A DNA stretch of 63,638 bases, the filler included, from Phoronis australis (taxonomy: Eukaryota > Animalia > Phoronida): assembly GCA_002633005.1 (NCBI GenBank). It is 6 parts of 6 records of this genome, joined end to end, with 100 filler letters (N's around TTAATTAATTAA, not from the genome) between each part and the next. Parts side by side here need not be neighbours in the genome. Positions count along the whole stretch, not along the records: positions 1 to 28,168 come from NMRA01000622.1; positions 28,269 to 32,466 come from NMRA01002668.1; positions 32,567 to 42,019 come from NMRA01001820.1; 3 more parts are not named here. One strand, written 5' to 3'. Under the pieces are notes generated by a model. The model did not search any database, had not been told where the DNA came from, and saw only the letters and a program-made list of their open reading frames with translations. Position 1 is the stretch's first letter; each line of letters begins with the position of its first letter. The position numbers and the translations under genes are program-made. Positions 24,925 to 36,200 of this stretch are shown one piece after another.

Positions 24925-27900
24925 AACTTTTCTTTGTCCTGCAGTGAGCCTGCCAAAAGTCCACAATGTGTATTGTCTGTATGCCTGGTGCCTGTTTGTT
25001 TTGTTGTAGTTATCACCATCTTGGAAGGCCAAGACATCATTTCTGTAGTGCCGCGCTAAGGCTGACACAGCCTCATTGAGCACAAGGTACTCCATGTCCT
25101 ATAAATAGTAGAAGTGAAATGCATTTGAAAATATAATGCTGAGAATTTTCTGGTGTGCAGGTTATGGATACTAAAATAATTCAAATACTGTAATCTCCCT
25201 GGCCAGTGCCCAGGACCCTCAAATTGGAAAAACACCAAAACTTGGAGGTGGACCCTTACCTCAACAATATTTTACAATAGGCTTTGAAAGCGAAATTCAA
25301 TTAGATGGGGGTGGGGTGTTACTCAGACATAGGCTCTAACCAGGCAGATTACTCAAATAAACAACAATGGAATTAGTAGCAAAGAATTTTGAGAAAGTGC
25401 AAGTACAGGCAGACCACTATCTTTTTCGTCCGTAAATATGTGACTTCCGTTACAAAAATGATTAAATGGATGTCTATGTATAAATAAACTAATGCTGTTG
25501 ATACGTACATCCAAGAGACTTATGCAGTTTGGGAATACTTTGTTGCAACACAGTCGCTCATCCTCTGTGGGCATTTCCCGGCAATGTCTGCAGGAACACC
25601 ATGACGGTGGAGAAGCCTGTGGAGGCGGATGGTATCCTGAGCCTTCTGGTGCTGCAGGTGGATCCACCAGGTCAAAGATAAGCCCAGGCTCTCTTTTTAC
25701 CACCTTCTCCAAAAGGTGTCGCACTTGCTCATTGCTCATTGCATTTATTCTACTCTGAAAATAAGGAAAGATTTTTCACCAATTACGGAAAAGAAACATT
25801 TATCATGTCTTGTAGCGTAATAATTGCCTTGGCTAAAAGTTGAGATATAACAGTAGTTGGTGTCATGTATTATTTTGCATCATTACACAAATGATAACCA
25901 CATGAAATTCTGTGTCAAAAATGTAATGGCTCCCAATATCTTCAAGATGTAATTTGACATAGATTGTCTGCTATAAAATGTTCTGTTTGTATACAAATCA
26001 TATTTGTTTCACTTAGCTAGAGTTTACTATTCATGATTAAGTACCTGTACGTCAGCTTTACGAGGTGCATGAGCTTGCAGACCACGTTGAGCTGGGGTCA
26101 CTGAGGCTGTACCTGTAGTTGCTGTAGCAACTGACCTCCCTCTCCTCCCTCTACCTCCTCTTACTCCTCTCCTTGTTCTCCCTGCTCTCCCACGCCCTCT
26201 GGCAGAATAAAAAGGCCTTTCAGGGCTCCCACGCTAAAACAAAAAATTTCACTTAAACATAAAGTCTCAAAGGTCACCAAAAGTCATGTCTAACTTACAC
26301 TGAATGTAATTTTCATACCAAAGGAAATGTTTTAAACTGGACTGGTAATGGGTGAACAAATTTTGTTCCTAACTGCATTCCATTAACGAGTTCTCGGCCT
26401 CAGTCTGGTGGTTTCAGTTATCACATTTTGGTACATGGATAAGTTGAAACATGATGTCACTGGTGGATGCTAATATGTGTTTGGTGCAATGGTAAACTGA
26501 GTATTGGTTTGAGCCAATCACTTTATTAACCTCGACTGTATGCTCATTAGTTTATTGAACCAAAACGTATGAGGTAATGTCTGTCCTGTGCACAGCCAGT
26601 GCTGTCAATCCTTGTCTTGTAAGACACTTTCAGCACCAGCTGCAATCGTTGATTCACTGGCCTGCTACTTGTGACTGCTTTTTATTCTCTTACTGCAACT
26701 GAAGTGAATTTCTGTATAAGTGGAAATATGCAGCCGCTGCTGTTGGAGCCTATGAATAATGCTGTGAACTGTTGCAGCACCTCAACCTTATGTTATTTCT
26801 TTGGCTGGAATGATTATTAGATACAAGGTGGACAGTGGAAAAAATTCATATTTTGCATCATTGTTGCTGCATTTTCCAAGTTGTTTTTACTAGGGCTAAT
26901 TTTCTGAAAGTCGGTGCGTAATTTATAATTCCCTTTGCATATAGTGTATACATTAATTCTGTGCTTGGTTTTCTCGACGCAGTTATGTTGTTCCAATGGC
27001 ATGACCTCACATTTCTTGCATTATGTAACTTTGTATCCTGAAGTGAGTTGATAATCATCATTGATTTTGCACCGTAGTCAGATGTAAACTATGAAGGTGA
27101 GCTCAATAAAACAAAAGTTAAGTGCAAACCACAGAGTTGTTCAATCTCCTAAATTGCTAAGTGCTTGAACTCACAGTCAATGGAAATGTGTAATGGAGTT
27201 TGGCTCATTGAAATAAAACATTGAAAATACTGTAGAGACTAAATATCCGCCATGGTGTATTTTGTAAACTATAACTGGGTGAGCAATTGGATCAAATATA
27301 TGTTTACCACCTCTCATTGGAACAAACATGTCTTTGACCTATCATCCTCATATCTTTCCATGTAATGACAATGTAAAATAGCAGATGGCTAATATTAACA
27401 GCTTTTGAGATATTGGCAGATAGACTGTGTTTAAGTTCAAAAGATAACAAAATTTAACTTTATAAGATTTACAACACTTATCATTTTAACGTAAACATTG
27501 CAACAGCCCCAAAATGCACTTACCAGAAGCGGATCCAGGATTTGATTTAGGGGAGGGCCAGGGCAGAGTATTTGCCAGGATTTTGCTCGTCAGACAATTG
27601 CACCCTCAAACTGCCAAATGGTAACAGAATTTTAGGGGGAGGCCCCCCTCAAAATCTGACACTGCTTACTTACTACATGTACTTTGGGTCCACTGAGTAA
27701 ACTTGGTCCCAGAATTCCAAAAAACCCAAGGCAGAAATTTTAGGCAATTTTAGGGTCTGTAAGCGAGAAGGCTGATGAAGGATATCACAGCCTACGTAGT
27801 CACTATGCTTTGAAATGTCTTTAGCAAAGTGATGGCGTTCATGTTGACTATTCGCCGATCGGCGAGCCTGACGATATTCACTCACAGAACAATAAGATGT

Positions 27901-28065
27901 GAATCAAACGTTTTCCGATACAAATCCACATAAGTGGAGTCTTAGCCAAAGAGTACATTAGGTAGACTTAGGCTAGCATTAAAACCAAATAAATCGATAA
28001 CTTACTTCAGAAATAGGGCTACTTTGAGCCGACATAGACGACGATGTACTTTCCAAATCGGCCAT
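24835..28065 (-). CDS. KolX / P2X7 cytoplasmic-ballast-like (nanor-like) Cys-rich protein with RGG-rich N-terminus, 4 exons, 252 aa
   Basis: Phase-0 GT-AG exons 28065-28006 ([10 protein letters not shown]...), 26233-26045 ([22 protein letters not shown]), 25754-25509 ([19 protein letters not shown]...CI) and 25098-24835 ([15 protein letters not shown]...[14 protein letters not shown]...YKGF). No internal stops. Confidence 0.88.
27524..27664 (+). mobile_element. CAG...CTG MITE in KolX intron 1
   Basis: CAGAAGCGGATCCAGG ... AATCTGACACTG, with 5-bp TSD CTTAC on both sides. Confidence 0.8.
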
Positions 28066-28099
28066 CACTGTTTTGCTTTCCGCGACCTTTCACCTCTCT

Positions 28100-28168
28100 G
28101 AGGTCATATGTCCATTCCCAAATATGGCAACGCAATGCATTCTGGGATGTAATGTCGGATTTGACGAC
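28100..28168 (-). promoter_or_regulatory. Candidate promoter of the KolX gene
   Basis: Lies directly upstream of the ATG at 28065. Minus-strand TACATCCCAGAATGCA resembles a ZNF143/Staf site. Confidence 0.3.
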
Positions 28169-28268
28169 NNNNNNNNNNNNNNNNNNNNNNNNNNNNNNNN
28201 NNNNNNNNNNNNTTAATTAATTAANNNNNNNNNNNNNNNNNNNNNNNNNNNNNNNNNNNNNNNNNNNN
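28169..28268. other. Artificial 100-nt contig linker; others at 32467-32566, 42020-42119, 47929-48028 and 59346-59445
   Basis: Identical N44-TTAATTAATTAA-N44 design; the 12-mer places stop codons in all six frames. Confidence 0.95.
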
Positions 28269-28474
28269 AAAGACTAACTGAGCTTCATGTTGTCAGAGGA
28301 AGCGGCATCAGAACCACCTTACGTGGAGAAAGTAGATACCGGATGAACCAGCTCAACATGGGAGCCATAAGCAGTGTGACTCTTTCTTGGCTGCTGCAGA
28401 GAAGGACTTGGCACTTGTGGACCTGTCCAATGTGCATTGATGTCTGTCCCTGAGACAATGACAATGACAATGGT

Positions 28475-28550
28475 TTACCTGGACACACGACTTCACGTTG
28501 CGATACATTTCACGCAATATTTTATACATTTTACCAGATAAAATGTGACT
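28475..28550 (-). pseudogene. Small non-LTR retrotransposon reverse-transcriptase fragment
   Basis: LSGKMYKILREMYRNVKSCVQVN resembles the segment preceding the GVxQG motif of LINE RTs. Confidence 0.55.
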
Positions 28551-31500
28551 GATCAATTTACAAATCCGGTTAAACTTTATGTTGCTGTGTATTCATTTTA
28601 ACATCTGTGTAACTGAAAAGTCATCTACGGTTTTACAAAAGACATGCAAAAGCATCCAGTTTAACGCTTGCTTATAGGTATGGAATAGACGCTTGTGCCT
28701 ACAACTGAAGTTTAGGCACCAGTATCTATGTTCACAACTACTGGGTATTTTTTATTTGATAAAACACATTGTTTCGGACATAGGCGTATAGGCCTAAATA
28801 TACATGTATACAGTTCATGGGAGTATTAGTTGCAAACAAAAGTAAAGGTTCTTAAGTAGATCTGTGCAGCATGGTCGACTATAATGGACATCTTGATAAT
28901 AACTAGGTGGTGCTTATAAATAAAGATACCTCCTTGACATCTGAATAAAGTGAGAGCAGAACAGATCATCAGCGTGGAGACTTTCTTGTGATAAGGGACC
29001 CACGTGATTTACCTGAATGCAGATGTCTCTGTGCGAAGGCCTTATGCATCACTTGTGTCGCGTGGTGAATTTTGTTTGGACAATTCTTGAATTTTGTTGC
29101 CACAATGTTAACCCTACAAATGCCCTGACCTGTTAAATTTCAGAGGTGTTCTGTGTTTCACGCCGGCACCAGGAAGTTCTGTTTCTTGCCTAGTGCTTTT
29201 GGTTACGTAATGCTGATTAAGTAACTACTTTAGCAACTTCAAGCCAACGTCGTTCTTGAAAGCAGAATAGCTACCAAAGGTACCATTCTCTGAACTTTAG
29301 GAATAAAGTGAAAGCCGAGTTAGTACTGTATACATTGCAAGAATTTAAATTTTAACACTATTTGACACTTCGCAACATTATGAAGGATAGATATACAAGA
29401 TCAATTATTCAATTTATGTCCATGAGTTCAAATAATTTTAGAACTACGTTTTCAGTTTTGTCTGTACAACTATCATTCTTGCGTTTAGTAGCCGTTCTAA
29501 CGTTTATACTACCATTAATTGCACATAGTCTATGTCTATTTTTCTGTTTATTATTTTTCAAATTCTTTATGTCAGCTGTCCAGCGATTTTGTTCTTAAAC
29601 CATACTTACTCAAAGCTTTTTCATCTAGCGTTTTTTCCCATTTCTGCGCGTATTGAACTTTCTTATTTTATCCGCGTTTTTCCCGTTTTGTTTCTTACCC
29701 TTCTTCTGCCTCGTGCATCACATGTGTCCTGTCTTGCCGCTCTTGTCTTCTTCTTTAGCGGTCATGTTCGGTTGCCAAAAACTTTTGATTACAGTTCGTG
29801 ATGCCGTCACCCTAGTTACAGCGACAGTAGCATGATGTCATCTGCATTATTACCATTGCTAGCTGAGATGAGATGACGTCATAATTATCAAGCATTTTTT
29901 AACTCAGACTTGTATGGTAGTAGTGGTAGTAGTGTAGACAAAAACTTGTTCTGTGAATGCAGTACTTATTTCCAACTAGGTCCTGGCTATGACATAGTCT
30001 TTAAAAGAAATATATACCTGTATAAATAGTACTCTTAGTCTCAATTACTTGAAAATTACGAAAATTTCAATGTAAAAGAGAATCGGTGCAACACTAATGT
30101 GCATTTTCAATTGATTACATTTGTCATGGCTCATTTTCATGAAATTGTGTTTTACAGAGGGAACGCCACCTTCTCAATGCGGATGTGTTCGACGCATTCT
30201 GCACCATCTAATGGTCATGTTTGTGATACTAAAAACACCCATAGAAGCACACCTTTTGCGGTGCCAATGTGGGCGCATTTCAACGCTTGGCGTTGCTCTT
30301 GTTTGCGAATGCAAGATAAATGTCTATTATTTTGTTCTCAAGTACATTATGATTTATGCAAATGAGATGACTAATAGATTCCACCTAGTAAAAACCCGAA
30401 TAACAACTGAAGATTTCGTGTTTAGAATCGAACTTTTAGCATAATGCTGCTGTTATTAGTGCAAACTAGGATTAGGCAATTATCCTTGCAAGCCAATATT
30501 TATTCGAGCACAGAATAATAGACACATACCTTTGAGTTAGCGTAAAGCTAGAACAGAAAAATGACAAATGATAATTTCGGGTTCGGTCTCGAGTAAAAAG
30601 ATTAGATCGCGGACCCAGACAGCCATATTGTGCTTCTGTGGGTAAAACTAGCGCACTCTCCCGCGGCAAGAAAAAATTGCAAGCCTGGTCAGAAACACTA
30701 GTAAGGGGATCGAAGATCAACATTTTTGTGAGTTTGATGGGCGTGGATTTGTGACACTAAAAATACGCATGGCGCATCAATTTCGTGCGTCGCATGAAGC
30801 CTAGTTAACATATTTAAAAATATCAACTGACAGCTGACGCATTGACGACCTCTCGAGGTCAAAGGCCAATTCCTGGATATAACGGGGTCGTACTCCCGTC
30901 ACAAAAATGCGCTCAAAAGTGTACTTACTGACGTAAATAATTTCAGATACTCAAAACTATTAATCAAATTTTGAATACAAATTTTTAAATGATAGCAATA
31001 TGTAAGTTCATTCCGCATTTTTTGTCACATCTGCTCTGTCGTCACTGGCCGTTGCTATTCGGTGTTCTGTGCGATTGCAAACCAAATGATTCACATACGT
31101 CGTCAGATTTTACATGTTATGACACAACAAACATTTATCTCACAATCGTTTCTAAAAATACGTGTTATTTTTCTGATGAGCTTCAAGGAGGTTAAAGTAG
31201 TATTTAGAAATCACGTGGAATTGTTGCAGACCAGGGCTGGAAGAACTGATCCCAACAATAAGAGGAACAAATATCTGCCGGGGTGATCCGTGAAATTCGT
31301 GAATCAAGAAATTGCGTGACAGTTTGACTTAAATACACAAAACTTGAAAGGAAGACATGAGTTAACTAGCTGAATTAAAAGCTAAGCAAAAATTATGGGA
31401 AAGCATCTAATGATTTTATTAGCTCCTCATATATTCCTAAATTTCAGTGTTATTTGATGTCTTTTTCGTCACATTACAATACGACACCTGTGTCTTTTAC

Positions 31501-33207
31501 TAAATGATGAATGCCATCAATGTTGTCAACTAAACCTCGTTGAACCAATTGTCTGTCATTACACTTAGTAGTAAAAAAGACATTCATGTCCTGTTTCTAA
31601 TACTTTTAAAAGTCGCCTTTATTATTACATGAGCGCGCATCAGAACCATTTGTTACATGACCCAGACAGTATGTCATTATTACAAGCTAAGGGCGAGTCC
31701 AAATTTAACACTGGCAAATCATTCAAATTATTACAATTGGTAACAGTAATTCACATTTTGTTGTCAAATACAAAATATCTTTTTTTATTCTCGTCTGTGT
31801 TTTTTACTAAGTGAGGGTTATGTTTTTACTAAGTGAGGGTTTTAGTATATTGTTTTACATGTTAAATCAAAAGTGTTGAAAATTTAACATCTTAATGCTC
31901 ATATCCAGCATAGGTGATGATTTACTAGTTGCAAAAGAACAATGCAGCTTAAACACCACTGAAATTCCTGAATCGATATCTTAGCCACAACAAATTGTTT
32001 AACAGTTAGCGTACTGTACATCAGTGACGTTTGGAGTTGTCTGACAATATCAAAAAATGCGTGTTGTATTTGACGAGCATTCTGCTACATCATCAAAAAA
32101 GAGTGAAACCATTTAAAATTAAATGCACAAAGTCGAAGTTTAAAAAAAAAGAATTAAAAAAATCTAATTTTGCGCACACGTCCCTTCCAGACCTAAAGAC
32201 AATTTTCCCAGCCAAGCAAAGAGATATGGCAAAAGTTGATACATGCATTGAAAATTTTCAAAAGATTTTAACAATCAGTGTATCACCTATTTGTCTAGGT
32301 TGAAAGAAATTTTCACAATTGATCAATTTTTTCTCCCATTGTACGTCCGTTATGAGTGGAATTGCCCTCTAGTATCAGACCCCTAATCAAAAGTCGTTTT
32401 GACAGAAGACCCTAGCCCTAGTTTATTACTCGGCCTTTAGTAAACAGAATGTGACGTTCGTAACTTNNNNNNNNNNNNNNNNNNNNNNNNNNNNNNNNNN
32501 NNNNNNNNNNTTAATTAATTAANNNNNNNNNNNNNNNNNNNNNNNNNNNNNNNNNNNNNNNNNNNNTCGGTTTGATTTCTCTATTTGTCCTTCCAATGCT
32601 AATAAAGTATTACTCCGACGTGAGAAAGTTTGATAAACTGGACAAATAACCGCGGATGCGTGATGTGAAATTCTTCACCTTCCCGACATTGATGAGAGAC
32701 ACGAAAATGTGCATGATTTCCAAAACGAGGTTTCATGCTTTTTTATCTCTGGGACAAAGGAGAGTTCTATCACTGTATAATCCGGGATGGCCCTGTTGCT
32801 TAAATCCATTAGAAATTCATCATTAGTTTTGAAGTTCTGTTAATGTGTTCACAAACGAGTGTTTTGGAGAACAAAACTTTGTTTATCCCATCTCAGATAT
32901 AAGTGACTCTGACTGTTTAGTTACATGACTTAATGTTGACAAAGTATTCAAAACATTGGTTATGTGACGTCTAAACATTGGTTTTGTCTTTCTGTTAAAG
33001 TTACTCACTGGCAAATGTTACAGTTTTTAATACAGTGGTGGGCTATGCCTTGTCAATTGAAGTACAAATTGAAAGTAGATATTGTCATGGCCTATAAAGA
33101 TATAATATCAATTTAGAGCTAGATTCTTGTTTTGTTAAAGTCTGCAAAATTGTACATTTCACTATGTTTTTGAAGGTTATTACTATACTCTAAGCTTGCT
33201 TTTCTAG

Positions 33208-36200
33208 AGGCCAACCTGAGGAAGAAGCCATCACTCTTAATGAGTGTATTCAACTGGCGTATCACCGCATGCATCGAAACCATATCATCCTGGTGTACTC
33301 TCGGGAGATTCTGGTGCTTGACTTGGACATTAACCAGACAGTAGCGACCATCACACTAGAGAGGGCGTCCTCACCTCTCATTCAGGTTTAAATCAATCAC
33401 TATATTGCACGTAATCTATCTGAAATGGCGTTCACTTTATGGCGAAATGAATACCACCCTTGACCGTAGTCTCCACAAATGCATTTTCAATGACAATGGC
33501 ATTTACCTCGGTGAACACTTTCAGGAGTACAGAACATGAGTTTTGCAGAAACTAGGTTCCCATGCATTGTTAACTACACCCTTCACAGCATGATTGGAGA
33601 TACTGTCATACCTTTCGTTGGTTTGCTCAATGCCCTACAGTACAGCCACTGATTTATTAGACTTTCTCCGGTCTCTCTCCGGTCTGGCTAGGCGTGACCG
33701 TAACAGGAGACAGACCGGAGAGTGAGGCGTGAGTCGACCGTGACGACTAGCGTGAGCGCAACCGTGACTGTGCCCGGAGCTTAACGTGAGTTGGGCATGA
33801 ACGAAGCGCGAGGGGACCGTGAGCCAGGCTTTAGTCAGGCGTGAGCCATGCGTGAGTTTCCGTGCCTTCTTTACAGTCACGACAATTTTAATTGCTATTC
33901 TCACTCGTTACCGCGATTAGAACAAAGTGCTGTGTCGCATTTTAAGAAACATTTCTCACTGCTAGAATCATCTAGTAAACAACTGTAAGAACTTCGACAA
34001 CATCAGAAAAAAATTCCCCACAGTGCTTGCAGTATATATGGTACTGGTCAGCTATCTCAAGGCAACCATTCTATATAACCATTAGGCAATATAGTTTACT
34101 ATATGGTTCATTTAAGCGTGTGGATGCACTACTTACTGAAGTGGAGGCCAAAGCATCAAGACGCGGTAAGTGAGTAATACTGTATATGTTGCAGAAATAT
34201 ATCATGAATATGTAACAAAAGTTACTGACACAGTCAGTTAATTATTCTCCTGTAGGGGTTATCAGTTCATTCACGTCTCCAAATCACTGTATATGTCTTG
34301 CCATTGACTTTCATCTTTACTGAACCATCTGTGGACTAGGCAGCTTGAATCTTTCCATTTTGTTTCAGCTGTCGACATTGAAAGAGTAGTTCGCTTTGCT
34401 TTTTTGTGGTATTTGTTGACTAAAGTGCTGCAGCCTATTTCTTTTATTAGAAAATTCTTGATGCGTGTTGTAGGTAGTAAATTTAACAACAATTCTGTCT
34501 CCAAGTCGATGAGTGCGGTAAAGATCTTTTTCCGTGATGACGTTATTTAGGTTAAGTTTGTTAACAATGTCCATTACGTGCTTATCTGTATTGTCATTCT
34601 CCGTTTTCTCGACGCCAGTAACCAGTAAACAATTCCGACGGGAATACTGTTCTAGAATTCATCTAATTTCATCATTAGGCTATGATTTTTTTCATTTGGT
34701 TAGATTTCTCACGAAGCTGTGACACTTCGTAGTTTAGCTTGTCAATTTCCTAGATTTTTTAGACATTACTTCTTAAATTTTTCTTGGATTTTGTTCAAAA
34801 ATTCTTCCAAAGTTTTTGAAAGTAGTACGCCCAGAATCATTTGTTGTAACTTGTCTCTGAAGGCGTCTGATTCCAACGTAGCAAATAGAACTGCTTCTTT
34901 TTTTTAGTCAACATTGTGTGTCAATTTGCAGTATCCGTGTTTGTAAGAATAAGACCAAACTATGATATTTCCCGCCATTGTTGTACAAGACTGGTAAAAT
35001 GTGGTGTACTGCACAAGTTAAAAAAACATTTCCTCAACATGTTCTTTTGATTTATAAATCTCGCATTTTACCACATTTTACTCATGCTGTAACATTCTGG
35101 GGTTTCCACAACTGCCATGGGCTACAAGTTTTACAAAAATGTGCTGTTCAAAGTATACCTCATCATACTTGCTCAAACTGACCTGTTATTTTGGTCTCTG
35201 AATCATCTTTCCTTATATGACATTTTTCATATTTCCTGTTTAAAATTTCTTTTCCCATATTTCTCAGATTTTCATAATGATATCAATCTTGATTCATACA
35301 AACGATAAAAATGTCTTCTTCCAAAACTTATTAATTGTTAGTTATATTATTCCACAAACCATTATTGAAAAGATATTTTACTCACTCCATTCACACCTTC
35401 TCCTCAGCCACAAAAATTCACCTGTTACAAAACTATCAAGAAAAGTGCTCAATATCAAACTGCAGAATCTGTGAATCTGAGCATCGCTAAACTTTAAAGA
35501 TTTTAAAAGTATTAGAGACGTGTCTTTCCTATCACCCCTGATTCTTGTTTTCCTGCACTGTGTAATTAAGTTCAATCATATAGTTTTGTCTGCCTAGCCA
35601 TTTTTATTCTTTATTTTTAGTTTCTTTTTTACTTTGTTATTCTTAGTTTCTTTTTTTCTTTGTTATGTGGTTTTTCTTATAGTATAATATAATGCATAAC
35701 GTATTCATTCTCTATGTTTCCTTTTTGAGCCAACCATATTAAAGTTTAGGTTTATACAATTCTTAATATGTTCCTTATTTTAGTTTCTCCCATTAGGGCT
35801 GTTCCAGCAAAATCTGTATGGGAGGGGGGGAAGGCACTTTTATTTCGTACCCACCGCCCATATTTTTCATTTATTTCTCCAACCCATGACCCATAATTTT
35901 TTAATTATTTTTAATAGGTTAAAATATAAAATCCAACACTTGCAAACAAATTGCCTCCAGGAGGACCTGTTAAGAACTTAGATGATTGACAGACAAGAAC
36001 TAGTTGTCTTGTCCAATATTGTCAAAAATTAAAGTAGCCTGTGAACAATACTTTTGGCAGCCACCAGGCGTCTCTGTTTACCATGTGTCTATAATTTCAA
36101 TGAACATTTTTTCAATTATAAGGATCTATGAATCTCAAACTGTCTCCACAAACTCTTTTATACTTCTATGTCAAGTGAATATTGGAACTTGTTTATCTTA

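Larger units (their letters stand above)
11847..28168 (+). mobile_element. Kolobok-superfamily DNA transposon with convergent transposase and KolX genes; right end lost in the assembly gap
   Basis: TTAA (11843-11846) followed by an AG terminus. A homologous end, also after TTAA, occurs at 45350. Contains a GDGRxDSPGH-type DDE transposase on + and a P2X7-ballast-like gene on -, tail to tail. Confidence 0.85.

Noticed and set aside
24835-25754. Annotation as a P2X7 purinoceptor gene
   Set aside because: No transmembrane or ectodomain exons; the ORF has its own ATG exon and sits inside a transposon.
29990-32369. Several possible transposon ends (e.g. ...GGAGGTTAA at 31195, ...GGAATTGCCCTC at 32369)
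   Set aside because: No partner TIR or TSD found within the segment.
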